From: Endomicrobiales bacterium
GTDB lineage: Bacteria; Elusimicrobiota; Endomicrobiia; Endomicrobiales; JAFGGC01
Assembly (NCBI GenBank): GCA_016930715.1
Contig: JAFGGC010000002.1
Location: forward strand, 126,059 to 190,058
Length of the DNA: 64,000 nucleotides
Direction of reading: 5' to 3'
Shown: positions 53,944-63,073 of the stretch, piece by piece
Layout: each line of letters opens with the position of its first letter
Position numbering within the stretch: the stretch's first letter is position 1
The notes under the pieces: generated by a model
Seen by the model: only the letters and a program-made list of their open reading frames with translations
Told to the model about the DNA's origin: nothing
The model's database searches: none
Position numbers and translations under genes: made by a program

Positions 53944-54219
53944 ATGGAAAAAAAGAACATAGACGAGCTGGATGTCCGGTACGCGTACCGCAAGTACACC
54001 AAAAAGGAAGTGCGCGATTTTGCCGGGAATACCCTGAACCTGGGCTATGTCGTTTTCCACGACACGGACCTGGGCGACGTCACGGTGTCCAACGAAGCGG
54101 GCTGCGGCGGCATAGACGCGATAGATACCTCGTCGGCGAGGAAATACATAACTTCAAATCTCGAGCTCGAAAAAGTGTGCGGGGAAGACGGCGTCGAGGT
54201 ATTCAGGGTCAAGTACTGA
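53944..54219 (+). CDS. Hypothetical 91-aa protein (weakly supported)
   Basis: Open frame with host-like codon composition but only a distant RBS. No recognisable motif. Confidence 0.3.
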   Translation: MEKKNIDELDVRYAYRKYTKKEVRDFAGNTLNLGYVVFHDTDLGDVTVSNEAGCGGIDAIDTSSARKYITSNLELEKVCGEDGVEVFRVKY

Positions 54220-54277
54220 CCTTCCGGGATGGCAGGGCCGGCCCGCCCGGGCCCGGTTTCCGGGGCCTGAGACCCAC

Positions 54278-54306
54278 TTGACAAAAAATCGAATAGGTGT
54301 TATAAT
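54278..54306 (+). promoter_or_regulatory. Consensus sigma70 promoter of the hrcA-grpE-dnaK-dnaJ operon
   Basis: TTGACA (54278-54283), exactly 17 bp, TATAAT (54301-54306). Confidence 0.75.
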
Positions 54307-54307
54307 G

Positions 54308-54334
54308 TTAGCACTTAGCTAAAGGGAGTGCTAA
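54308..54334 (+). promoter_or_regulatory. CIRCE operator (HrcA binding site)
   Basis: TTAGCACTT-N9-GAGTGCTAA at 54308-54334, immediately after the -10 box and 21 nt before hrcA. Confidence 0.9.
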
Positions 54335-54355
54335 TTTTAATTTCAGGGGAAATAT

Positions 54356-55396
54356 ATGAGGCAGATAGACCCGAAAGTCGTGAAAGACAGGAAGGAAAAG
54401 GTCCTTCAGGCCATAATACACCACTACGTTAAAACGGGCAGGCCGGTCGGCTCTAACATACTGACCGAGGACTACAAGTTCGACCTTTCGCCGGCCACGC
54501 TGAGAAGCCTTATGTCCGAGCTCGAGGAGGAGGGTTTCCTATCTCACCCGCACACGTCGGCCGGCAGGATACCTACGGACAAGGGCTACCGCCAGTACGT
54601 GGATTCGCTCCTTGAGTTCCAAAAGCTCCTCCTTCACGAGGAGGAAAGGGCGAGAGGCGAGTACGACAACAAGATAAAGGAACTTGACGGGTTCCTGCTC
54701 CAGACTTCGCACATACTGTCGGCTCTTTCGCACTACAGCGGTTTCGTGATTACCCCGAAGGCCGAAAAAAACAAGCTGCAGTATCTTGAGCTTGTAAGGC
54801 TTTCGGAATCCAAGATACTCGTGGTGATGGTCACGCAAACGGGCATGGTCAAGAACAAGATAGTGGACGCGTCGGTCTCAAGAGAGCGCCTGGCCGAGAT
54901 ATCGAGACTTCTTAACAGGAAACTCAACGGAATGACGCTCGAGGAAGCCCGCCAGAACATCATCCGCGAGATAGAGGAGTCGGAGCGCGAGGAAAAAGAG
55001 ATGTTCAGCATCGCCAGGGCTCTTTCGCGCAGCCTTTTCGACCTGGACGAGCAGATATTCATGGAGGGCGCATCCAACGTCTTGACCCTGCCGGAGTTCC
55101 ACGACTACGAGCCGATGCGCTGCCTTTTAAAGATAAACGAGGACAGGGACATGCTGGTGGACATACTGGAGAAGAACATAAATAAGGAAGGCGTGAGGGT
55201 CCTGATAGGTTCCGAGGCGCATTGCAGGGAGCTCAAGGACCTGAGCGTCGTCAGCTCCGTGTACAAGGACGGGGACGCTTCGGTAGGGGTGCTTGGCATA
55301 ATAGGGCCCAAGAGGATGGAGTACCCCAGGATGATGGCGCTCGTGGGCGCGGTCACCAAGATAGTCAACAGGTTCTTCGAGAAGATCGGCAAATAA
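54356..55396 (+). CDS. hrcA: Heat-inducible transcription repressor HrcA
   Basis: N-terminal winged-helix pattern VLQAIIHHYVKTGRPVGS and LEEEGFLSHPHTSAGRIPTDKGYR. 346 aa, directly downstream of CIRCE. Confidence 0.9.
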   Translation: MRQIDPKVVKDRKEKVLQAIIHHYVKTGRPVGSNILTEDYKFDLSPATLRSLMSELEEEGFLSHPHTSAGRIPTDKGYRQYVDSLLEFQKLLLHEEERARGEYDNKIKELDGFLLQTSHILSALSHYSGFVITPKAEKNKLQYLELVRLSESKILVVMVTQTGMVKNKIVDASVSRERLAEISRLLNRKLNGMTLEEARQNIIREIEESEREEKEMFSIARALSRSLFDLDEQIFMEGASNVLTLPEFHDYEPMRCLLKINEDRDMLVDILEKNINKEGVRVLIGSEAHCRELKDLSVVSSVYKDGDASVGVLGIIGPKRMEYPRMMALVGAVTKIVNRFFEKIGK

Positions 55397-55420
55397 CAAA
55401 ACACGCATTTCACGGAGGCA

Positions 55421-55975
55421 TTGAAAGTGCATCACGACAAAGAAGCGGAAAAAAAAGATACGGTGCTGGAAACGGCGAGGGACGAGAAGGTTTCCGAGCT
55501 TGAAATCTTGAAGCAGTCCCTCGATGAAAAAAAGAAACAGGCCGGCGACTACTACGATCAGCTCCTGCGCCTCAGGGCCGAGTTCGATAACTTCCGCAAG
55601 AGGACGGAGCGCGACAAGAAGAACCACCTGGCCTGGGGAAAAGAGGAGATACTGCTCAAGCAGGTGAGCCTTCTAGACGTCATAGAGCAGGCGGCGTCCA
55701 TAAAGCTCACGGAGAACAATGCCAAGAGCATCCAGCAGGGGCTTGAACTGATAAAGCAGGAGTTCGTGAAGATGCTCTCAAGCGAAGGGATAGTCGAGAT
55801 AGAATGCCTCGGCGGTAAGTTCGACCCCAACCTGCACGAAGCCATCGAGCAGGTTGAAAGCGAAGACGAAGAGGAAACGGTAAAGGAAGTGTTCCAGAAG
55901 GGTTATATGCTCAACAACCGGGTCATAAGGCCCGCGAAGGTGAAGGTTTCCAAAAAAACGGCTAAAAAAGAATAA
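55421..55975 (+). CDS. grpE: Nucleotide exchange factor GrpE
   Basis: [22 protein letters not shown] and [12 protein letters not shown] start after GGAGG. Confidence 0.85.
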   Translation: MKVHHDKEAEKKDTVLETARDEKVSELEILKQSLDEKKKQAGDYYDQLLRLRAEFDNFRKRTERDKKNHLAWGKEEILLKQVSLLDVIEQAASIKLTENNAKSIQQGLELIKQEFVKMLSSEGIVEIECLGGKFDPNLHEAIEQVESEDEEETVKEVFQKGYMLNNRVIRPAKVKVSKKTAKKE

Positions 55976-55997
55976 TAGAAAAAGGAGGAAGACTCAA

Positions 55998-57890
55998 ATG
56001 ACTAAAATCATCGGAATTGACCTTGGAACGTCAAACTCGGCGGCGGCGATTATGGAAGGCGGCAAGTCGACCATAATACCCTCGGCCGAAGGCACGACTC
56101 TCGGCGGAAAGGCCTTCCCGTCCTACGTGGCTTTCACGAAAGACGGCCAGCTTCTGATAGGCGAGCCGGCAAGGCGCCAGGCGGTCACGAACCCGGAAGG
56201 CACCGTCACGGCGTTCAAACGCAAGATGGGCACGGACCACAAGTACAACATACATGGCAAGGAGTTCACGCCGCAGCAGCTTTCCGGCTTCATACTCCAG
56301 AAGATAAAAAGGGACGCCGAAGCCTACCTCGGCCAGCCGGTCGCCAAAGCCGTTATAACCGTTCCGGCGTATTTCAACGACAACCAGCGCCAGGCCACCA
56401 AAGACGCGGGCGCCATAGCCGGGCTTGAGGTGGTGCGGCTTGTCAACGAGCCGACGGCCGCGTCTCTTGCTTTCGGCATAGACAAGTCGGGCACGGAGCA
56501 GAAGATACTAGTGTTCGACCTCGGCGGAGGAACGCTTGACGTCACGATAATGGAGATGGGAAAGGAAGGGACTTTCGAGGTCCTTGCCACCTCCGGCGAC
56601 ACCCAGCTCGGCGGAACCGACATGGACAATGCGCTTATAGACCATATCGCCGAGGAATTCAGGAAAGAGAACGGTATGGACTTGCGCAAAGACAAGATGG
56701 CGATGCAGCGCCTCAAAGAGGCGGCAGAGAAGGCCAAGATCGAGCTCTCCAACGTTCTTGAGACTGACATCAACCTGCCGTTCATCACGGCGGACTCGTC
56801 CGGCCCCAAGCACCTTACGATGAAGTTCACGAGGGCGACGCTCGAGAACATCGTTCGCCCGATAGTCGACCGCTGCAGGGCCTCCATAGACCAGGCGATA
56901 TCAGACGCCAAGCTCTCAGGAAACCAGATATCGAGGATAATCCTCGTCGGCGGCCCGACCCGCATGCCCATAGTACAGAAGTTCGTCGAAAACTACGTGG
57001 GCAAGAAGGTGGAGCGCGGGATAGACCCTATGGAGTGCGTGGCACTGGGCGCCAGCATCCAGGCCGCGGTGCTCACCGGAGAGGTGAAAGACATCCTTCT
57101 TCTTGACGTCACGCCTTTAACGCTCGGCGTCGAGACGCTCGGCGGTGTCAGGACTTCCATCATAGACAGGAACACGACGATACCCGTGAAGCGCTCGCAG
57201 GTGTTCTCGACGGCGGCGGACAATCAGCCGTCGGTCGAAGTGCACGTCCTTCAGGGCGAACGTCCGATGGCAAAGGACAACGTGTCGCTGGGCAAGTTCT
57301 TTCTTGACGGCATACCGCCGTCGCCGAGGGGCGTGCCCCAGATAGAGGTCACCTTCGACATAGACGCAAACGGCATACTGCACGTTACCGCCAAGGACCT
57401 CGGTACCGGCAAGGAGCAGTCGATAAGGATAACCGCCTCGTCAAAACTCTCCAAGGATGACGTGGAAAAATACGTCAAGGAGGCCGAGAAGTTCGCTTCA
57501 GAGGACAAGCAGAGGAAGGAAGAGATCGAGGTCAAGAACGAAGCGGACAACCTCGTCTACGCCACCGAAAAGGGCTTAAAAGAGCACGGCGACAAGATAT
57601 CGTCGGACGAGCGCCTCAACATCGAGCGCGCGCTGGGCGAAGCCAAGGAAGCCCTTAAAGGCACGGACATCGAGGCGATAAAGAAGGCGAAAGAGACCCT
57701 CACCAACGCTTCGCACAAACTGGCGGAAGCGATATATAAGGAAGCCCAGAAGAAACAGCAGCCGGGCCAGGCCGGCCAGGCAGGCGGACCGCAAGGGTCC
57801 GCAGACGGTTCGGAGCAGGGCGCGCAGGGTCAGGCGCCTCAGGGCGACAACGTTGTCGACGCGGAAGTCGTCGACGACAAAAAAGGATAA
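55998..57890 (+). CDS. dnaK: Molecular chaperone DnaK (Hsp70)
   Basis: [19 protein letters not shown] and VGGPTRMP. 630 aa with a Gln/Gly/Ala-rich tail. Confidence 0.95.
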   Translation: MTKIIGIDLGTSNSAAAIMEGGKSTIIPSAEGTTLGGKAFPSYVAFTKDGQLLIGEPARRQAVTNPEGTVTAFKRKMGTDHKYNIHGKEFTPQQLSGFILQKIKRDAEAYLGQPVAKAVITVPAYFNDNQRQATKDAGAIAGLEVVRLVNEPTAASLAFGIDKSGTEQKILVFDLGGGTLDVTIMEMGKEGTFEVLATSGDTQLGGTDMDNALIDHIAEEFRKENGMDLRKDKMAMQRLKEAAEKAKIELSNVLETDINLPFITADSSGPKHLTMKFTRATLENIVRPIVDRCRASIDQAISDAKLSGNQISRIILVGGPTRMPIVQKFVENYVGKKVERGIDPMECVALGASIQAAVLTGEVKDILLLDVTPLTLGVETLGGVRTSIIDRNTTIPVKRSQVFSTAADNQPSVEVHVLQGERPMAKDNVSLGKFFLDGIPPSPRGVPQIEVTFDIDANGILHVTAKDLGTGKEQSIRITASSKLSKDDVEKYVKEAEKFASEDKQRKEEIEVKNEADNLVYATEKGLKEHGDKISSDERLNIERALGEAKEALKGTDIEAIKKAKETLTNASHKLAEAIYKEAQKKQQPGQAGQAGGPQGSADGSEQGAQGQAPQGDNVVDAEVVDDKKG

Positions 57891-57893
57891 AGA

Positions 57894-57985
57894 TTAGCGT
57901 GGAGCGAATAGCGGATAGCGTATAGTTCAAGGCAAGAGCTTTGATTATATGGTCTATCCGCTAAAAGCTATACGCTATACGCTAA
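57894..57985. repeat. Inverted arrays of a TAGCG(G/T)A heptad in the dnaK-dnaJ spacer
   Basis: The left side has TAGCGGATAGCGTATAG (57909-57925). The right side has CTATCCGCTA (57954-57963) and CTATACGCTATACGCTA (57968-57984). TAGCGGATAG / CTATCCGCTA is a perfect 10-bp complement. Confidence 0.6.
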
Positions 57986-57987
57986 CA

Positions 57988-59103
57988 ATGAAACGCGATT
58001 ATTACGAGATACTCGGCGTCGGAAGGAACGCCTCGGCGGACGACATCAAGGGCGCCTACAGGCGCCTTGCGATAAAATACCATCCCGACAAGAACCCCGG
58101 CGACAAGGCGGCCGAGGAAAAATTCAAGGAAATAAACGAGGCCTACGAGATAATTTCCGACCCGAAAAAGCGCCAGCAGTACGACGCCTTCGGGCACGCC
58201 GGCGTCGGCACGGCTCCTCCGCCTCCGGGCGGGGGCGGCTACGGCAACGCCGGCGACATGGGCGACCTCGGGGACATCTTCGGCGACATGTTCGGCGACA
58301 TTTTCGGCGGAGGGAGGCGCTCGTCGAGGGGAGGAACCCGCTCAAGGCGCGGTTCGGACCTCCAGTACGAGCTCGAACTCTCGCTTCAGGAAGCGGCTGC
58401 CGGAAAGGAAATACCGCTCGAGGTGCCACGGCAGGAACCGTGTTCCGCGTGCGGAGGTTCGGGCGCAAAAGCGGGAACGTCGCCGAAAACCTGCCCGCAG
58501 TGCAAGGGTTCGGGGCAGGTCCGTTTCTCTCAAGGGTTCTTTTCGCTCAACCAGACCTGCCCCAAGTGCAGGGGACAGGGACAGATAATAGATTCACCGT
58601 GCCCGACCTGCCGAGGAATCGGCAGGATAAAAAGCAAGAACAAGATAACCGTCCGCATCCCTCCCGGGGTGGACACGGGCACGTCGCTAAGGGTCACTGG
58701 TGCCGGTGACGCCGGTTCGAAAGGCGGGCCGCCCGGCGACCTGTACGTCGTGATACGCCTGCGCAGGGACCCGAAATTCAAGCGCATAGGAGACGATATT
58801 CACACTGAGATATCAATAAGTTTCACGAAAGCCGCTTTCGGGGGAGAATCCGAAGTGGATACGATCGACGGCAAGGTAACGCTGAAGGTGCCGGCAGGCA
58901 CCCAGCCGGGCACCGTGTTCAGGGTCCGCGAGGCGGGTTTTCCCAAGCTCGGCCGGCGCGCAAAAGGGGACCTTCTTGTCAAGGCCAACGTCTCGGTCCC
59001 CAGGAATCTGAGCGAGAAACAGAAAAAGGCGCTCAAGGACTTCGCCCACACAATGGGCGAGGACGTCAAGGATTCCGGCGTGTTCAAGAGAGTATTTGGA
59101 TAA
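57988..59103 (+). CDS. dnaJ: Molecular chaperone DnaJ
   Basis: J domain DYYEILGV...HPDKN, a G/F region and four CxxCxGxG motifs. Start at ATG 57988 rather than ORF-track 57949. Confidence 0.95.
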   Translation: MKRDYYEILGVGRNASADDIKGAYRRLAIKYHPDKNPGDKAAEEKFKEINEAYEIISDPKKRQQYDAFGHAGVGTAPPPPGGGGYGNAGDMGDLGDIFGDMFGDIFGGGRRSSRGGTRSRRGSDLQYELELSLQEAAAGKEIPLEVPRQEPCSACGGSGAKAGTSPKTCPQCKGSGQVRFSQGFFSLNQTCPKCRGQGQIIDSPCPTCRGIGRIKSKNKITVRIPPGVDTGTSLRVTGAGDAGSKGGPPGDLYVVIRLRRDPKFKRIGDDIHTEISISFTKAAFGGESEVDTIDGKVTLKVPAGTQPGTVFRVREAGFPKLGRRAKGDLLVKANVSVPRNLSEKQKKALKDFAHTMGEDVKDSGVFKRVFG

Positions 59104-59110
59104 ATAAGCC

Positions 59111-59166
59111 CCCTCACCCTTCCCTCTCCCTTGAGGGGAGAGGGGAACCCGAAGGGTGGGTGAGGG
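59111..59166 (+). terminator. GC-rich nested palindrome downstream of dnaJ (possible terminator / REP-like element)
   Basis: CCCTCACCC (59111-59119) pairs with GGGTGAGGG (59158-59166). CCCTCTCCC (59122-59130) pairs with GGGAGAGGG (59136-59144). No U-tract follows. Confidence 0.4.
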
Positions 59167-59184
59167 TGAGATGTCGGAGCGTAT

Positions 59185-59925
59185 ATGCCGCATTTTTTTG
59201 TCCCACCCAGCCAGATCCAGAATGACAGATTCACCATAAAAGGGGAAGACGTCCACTACCTTGCCAACGTCCGCCGCTACAAGGCGGGGGACAAGATAAA
59301 AATTTTCGACGGCAGGGGAAAGACGATGCTCGGCCAGATAGAGCACGTCTCGAAGGACGAGATAAAAGGCAGGATAGTCGGCATGGGGCAGGCGCACGAC
59401 AACAGGGTGCTGGTGACGCTTTACCAGGCGGTTCCCAAGGGCGGTCGTTTCGACTGGCTGGTCGAGAAGTCCGCCGAACTCGGTGTCTCGCGTATTGTGC
59501 CCCTAATAACGGAGCGCTCGGAGGTAAGGGCCGTTTCGGGCCCGAAGCTCGAGCGCTGGCGCAGGCTTGCCAAGGCGGCCGCCCAGCAGTGCGGAAGGCC
59601 GCAGGTCACACAGATAGAGGAGCCGCAGAAGATGCACGATGCTGTCAAGTTCGTCCCGAAAGACGCGCTCAACCTCATCCCCTGGGAGTCCGAGAACAAC
59701 AAAACTATAAAAGAGATAATACTTCAGAACGCGAGCTTCATGCACATAAACGTTTTCATAGGCCCCGAAGGCGGTTTTTCCGTCCGCGAGGTGGAGAGCG
59801 CGCAGAAAAACGGCATACTGCCGGTAACCCTGGGCGACAACATCCTGCGCGTCGAGACCGCCGGCCTTCTTTCGGTGGTACTCATACTCAACTCCTTTGG
59901 CGAATACGACAAACACCCTTCATGA
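59185..59925 (+). CDS. rsmE: 16S rRNA (uracil1498-N3)-methyltransferase RsmE
   Basis: MPHFFV start, PUA-like N-domain, and the C-terminal SPOUT motif IGPEGGFS...LGDNILRVETA. Confidence 0.85.
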   Translation: MPHFFVPPSQIQNDRFTIKGEDVHYLANVRRYKAGDKIKIFDGRGKTMLGQIEHVSKDEIKGRIVGMGQAHDNRVLVTLYQAVPKGGRFDWLVEKSAELGVSRIVPLITERSEVRAVSGPKLERWRRLAKAAAQQCGRPQVTQIEEPQKMHDAVKFVPKDALNLIPWESENNKTIKEIILQNASFMHINVFIGPEGGFSVREVESAQKNGILPVTLGDNILRVETAGLLSVVLILNSFGEYDKHPS

Positions 59926-60087
59926 AAAATGAAACCCGCCTGTGCAAGACGCGCAATCGATAATCGCACCTATTCGGTGCATCAATTGCACTGCTTCGGC
60001 GGGTCAAACGGGTAAGAGGTTAATTTTCTATTTGAACGTGCCAATAATATTTGCCGCCTAATCTGCCATAAATCGAGGTTTGATCGT

Positions 60088-61302
60088 TTGAAAAAACTCG
60101 CCGTCCGCACTTTCGGATGCAAGGTAAACCAGTACGAAACGCGGATACTTTCAGATGAACTCTCAAAAAATGGCTGCGTCCCCTGCGGTGAGCCGGACGA
60201 CGCCGATATACTGCTTGTCAACACCTGCACGGTGACGGCCGAGGCCGGCAGGCAGGCACGCCAGCTCATAAACCGTTCCCTCAGAAAAAACCCAAAACTT
60301 CAGGTGTTCGTAGCCGGCTGCTGGGCAAAGCTTGAGCCGGAGAAACTCACCTCGCTTTCGCCCCGCGTGAAGATATTCGCAAACACCGAGCAGCTCCTGA
60401 AAAAAAGCCCCGGCATTTCGCGCTTCGAGGGACACTCGCGGGCGTTCGTCAAGATACAGGACGGCTGCGACGCTTTCTGCTCCTATTGCATAGTGCCTTT
60501 TGCCCGGCCGAAGCTCTGGAGCAGGCCGAAGGCCGAGATTCTTGCGGAAATCGGGAGGCTTGCCGCCAACGGTTATCCCGAAATAGTGTTGTCGGGCGTG
60601 CGCCTCGGAAAATGCGAAGGCCGGCTCGTCCCTCTGCTTGAGGAAATTGCCGGCATCGAAGGCGGTTTCAGGGTGCGGCTTTCATCGCTTGAGCTGAAAG
60701 AAATGAACGGCGCCCTCATAGACTTCTGCGCCGAGAACCCCGGCAAGATATGCCCATATTTCCACGTTCCCCTGCAGTCCGCTTCCGACAGGATACTCAA
60801 AGCGATGAACAGGCCGTACACCTCCGCCGAATTCGCTGACGCGCTTGTAAGGATACGCCAAAAACTGCCCGACGCGGGCATAACGACTGACGTCATAGTC
60901 GGATTTCCCGGTGAAACCGAAGAGGATTTCAGGCTGACGCTTGATTTCGTCAAGAAGCACGAGTTCTCGCGGCTTCACGTATTCAGGTATTCGAAGAGGC
61001 CGGGCACGAAGGCCGCGGATTTCCCGGGCGAGGTCCGGCCGGAGGCCGCCAAGAGGCGTTCGAAAATTTTAAGGGAGCTCGGCGGACGGCTTGAGGAAAA
61101 ATTCTGGAGAAGTTTTATCGGCAAGATCCGCCCCTGCACCGTTGAAGAGGGCACGGGGAAGCTGATGACCGACAACTACATAACGCTTGGCGCCGACACG
61201 GACGCTTCGGCGTTTGCCGGGGGCATAACGCCGGCAAGGATATACGAGAAGAACTCAAAACCATTCGGGGCCCTCTATTGTTCCGTGCCGTCAAAAAAAT
61301 GA
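60088..61302 (+). CDS. mtaB: MiaB/MtaB-family radical SAM methylthiotransferase (MtaB-like)
   Basis: UPF0004 N-domain VRTFGCKVNQYE...VNTCTVT. rSAM cluster IQDGCDAFCSYCIVP. TRAM-like tail. TTG start. Confidence 0.65.
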   Translation: MKKLAVRTFGCKVNQYETRILSDELSKNGCVPCGEPDDADILLVNTCTVTAEAGRQARQLINRSLRKNPKLQVFVAGCWAKLEPEKLTSLSPRVKIFANTEQLLKKSPGISRFEGHSRAFVKIQDGCDAFCSYCIVPFARPKLWSRPKAEILAEIGRLAANGYPEIVLSGVRLGKCEGRLVPLLEEIAGIEGGFRVRLSSLELKEMNGALIDFCAENPGKICPYFHVPLQSASDRILKAMNRPYTSAEFADALVRIRQKLPDAGITTDVIVGFPGETEEDFRLTLDFVKKHEFSRLHVFRYSKRPGTKAADFPGEVRPEAAKRRSKILRELGGRLEEKFWRSFIGKIRPCTVEEGTGKLMTDNYITLGADTDASAFAGGITPARIYEKNSKPFGALYCSVPSKK

Positions 61303-61346
61303 TACAATTGAAGCGTGCCACGGGGGTTTCTAACCAGGGAAATCTA

Positions 61347-62042
61347 ATGTTAAAGACAATTATGAAAATAGCGGCGGTAGCCGCCGTGCTCTTGCTGGCC
61401 GCGGCCGGATACGTCTGCGGAAAGTTCTGGTGGATGTCCGGGGTCACGAAAGGGGAACAAATCCCCGCCTATTCGCCGGGCAGATCCGCGCTCGTGGTAA
61501 TAGACATACAGGAAGGCATAACGGGATCGCTTTCCAAGAACGAAGGTTTCAGGGGCCAGTCGGAGGAATTCATCGGGGCGGTCAACAGGGTAGCGGCGGA
61601 AGCAAAAGCGATGAGGCTTCCAGTCATATACGTGAAACACGTGAACACCGACCCGGTTTTCAACTTCCTTTCGGGCGGATTACTCGCCAGGGGCTCGCCC
61701 CAGGCGGAGATAGACGGCCGCGTGATAATATTGAGCAAAAATGTATTTGCCAAGCAAAAGATGGACAGCTTTTCCAACCGTGAGTTCGGTGCCTTCCTGA
61801 AAAAGAACAAAGTCGAAAAGCTTTACATAACCGGTCTTGACGCCGCTTACTGCGTGGACCGCACAGTGAAGGGCGCGCTGAACCGCGGCTACGCCGTCAC
61901 CGTGATAGAGGACGCGGTAATATCGGACACGGAGCACAAGAAGCGCAGAAAATTGCGGGAATACGCCGCCCTCGGGGCCGGCATAGACTCTTCGGCAACG
62001 TGGAAGAAGGCGGAAATCCGAAAAAAAGGAGAAGGAAAATGA
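61347..62042 (+). CDS. Membrane-anchored isochorismatase-family cysteine hydrolase
   Basis: N-terminal TM/signal IMKIAAVAAVLLLAAAGYV. ALVVIDIQEG and the catalytic-Cys region ITGLDAAYCVDRT. Start set at ATG 61347. Confidence 0.7.
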   Translation: MLKTIMKIAAVAAVLLLAAAGYVCGKFWWMSGVTKGEQIPAYSPGRSALVVIDIQEGITGSLSKNEGFRGQSEEFIGAVNRVAAEAKAMRLPVIYVKHVNTDPVFNFLSGGLLARGSPQAEIDGRVIILSKNVFAKQKMDSFSNREFGAFLKKNKVEKLYITGLDAAYCVDRTVKGALNRGYAVTVIEDAVISDTEHKKRRKLREYAALGAGIDSSATWKKAEIRKKGEGK

Positions 62043-62236
62043 GCGACGAGAATATTCCGGCCAGCGTGAAGATGTGCGGAGAGTGTCCCACTTGCAGGTA
62101 CACCCGGAGCGCGGAAAAGCCCAATTTCCGGTACAGGGTTTCAAGGTTCATACAGAAGAACCTTTGCCCGGCCTGCAGGGCGGCCAACAAGAAACTCGGC
62201 AGGGATTTCCAGAAAAGCACGAAGTTCGAGGAGTGA
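62039..62236 (+). CDS. Small (65 aa) four-Cys zinc-ribbon protein
   Basis: CGECPTC...CPAC pairs. ATG 62039 overlaps the hydrolase stop (ATGA) and follows AAGGAGAAGG. Confidence 0.5.
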   Translation: MSDENIPASVKMCGECPTCRYTRSAEKPNFRYRVSRFIQKNLCPACRAANKKLGRDFQKSTKFEE

Positions 62237-62456
62237 GAAACGGTATCTCGTGTCTGTTGTCTTGTATCTAGTGAAATACAACACAAATAACGCACACTGT
62301 CGGGGATGATTATATCGGGAAAAGGGCGGCAAATACCCCTGATTGTGAATAGAAGATTTTAGAAGCACGTCCCCCGGAAAGGGGAAAAAGGAGGTGGTGG
62401 TTAGTCGGGTTGTCGGCAGTCAAGCAGCAGCTAACGGCCAGGGAAAGGGAGTTAAA

Positions 62457-62891
62457 ATGAGGTACATCGTTTGCGCAGTGATGGTAGTAGGATTGTTGAT
62501 GTCTGGAGTATTGCTTGGCCTTGCGGCCGAGGAAACGGCTACGGCGGCCGTGCAGGTCAAGCAGAAGAGTAAAAAGAAAAATGCAGTGAAGACCTTGAAG
62601 TCCCGGGAGATAATCTCGATTGACGGGGAATCGCGGTTCATTATCGTCGCGGACAAGGACGGCAAGGAGCTGGAGGTAGAAATTACCGACAAGACGAAGT
62701 ACAAGAAAGCAAAGGAATTCATCGCGCTTTCCGACCTGAAAGCCGGGCAGAAGGTGACCATATTCCTTAAAAAGAAGCCGGGGGCGCCGGAGGCCTCCAC
62801 GGTGATGGTGCTTAAACCCGAGGTCAAGAGCCCCAAGGCCAAAAAAGGCGCGAAAAAGGAGAAGATGTTGAAAGAAGAAAAACCGGAATAG
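62457..62891 (+). CDS. Small secreted Lys-rich protein of unknown function
   Basis: Signal-like MRYIVCAVMVVGLLMSGVLLGLAA. RBS GGGAG upstream of ATG 62457. The ORF-track start 62394 is less likely. Confidence 0.5.
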   Translation: MRYIVCAVMVVGLLMSGVLLGLAAEETATAAVQVKQKSKKKNAVKTLKSREIISIDGESRFIIVADKDGKELEVEITDKTKYKKAKEFIALSDLKAGQKVTIFLKKKPGAPEASTVMVLKPEVKSPKAKKGAKKEKMLKEEKPE

Positions 62892-63020
62892 CCGTTCTGA
62901 CGACAGGAACGAAAGACCGGATTGAAGCATAAATGGCACGTGCGCGGATCTGGCGCAAAAAACGCCAGGTCCGCCGCGGAGCCAGCCGTTACCGATGCGG
63001 GATCGGTAATGGCAATATTA

Positions 63021-63061
63021 AAATAGGGACAGACACCGATTTTTACGTTTTACAACAAATT
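63021..63061 (+). repeat. 41-nt conserved leader, copy A (upstream of lipoprotein gene 1)
   Basis: AAATAGGGACAGACACCGATTTTTACGTTTTACAACAAATT matches 63853-63893 at 35 of 41 positions (hand alignment, no gaps). Confidence 0.75.
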
Positions 63062-63073
63062 AAGGGAGGTTTT

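Noticed and set aside
53944-54219. The 91-aa ORF as a RiPP precursor for the neighbouring radical SAM/SPASM and B12-rSAM enzymes.
   Set aside because: It is separated from the rSAM genes by a methyltransferase and a pseudogene, and it lacks a Cys/Ser/Thr-rich core or a recognisable leader. The rSAM genes sit among glycosyltransferases. It is kept only as a low-confidence hypothetical CDS.
58800-59237. A 145-aa minus-strand ORF containing PSPLKGEGRVRG.
   Set aside because: It is antisense to the dnaJ 3' end and runs through the GC-rich palindrome, so it is a translation artefact of that palindrome.
62257-62286. An AU-rich 10/11-bp hairpin (TTGTCTTGTAT / ATACAACACAA) 20 nt after the zinc-ribbon gene as a terminator or sRNA.
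   Set aside because: The stem is weak and AT-rich with one mismatch and no following U-run. I cannot support a call from this.
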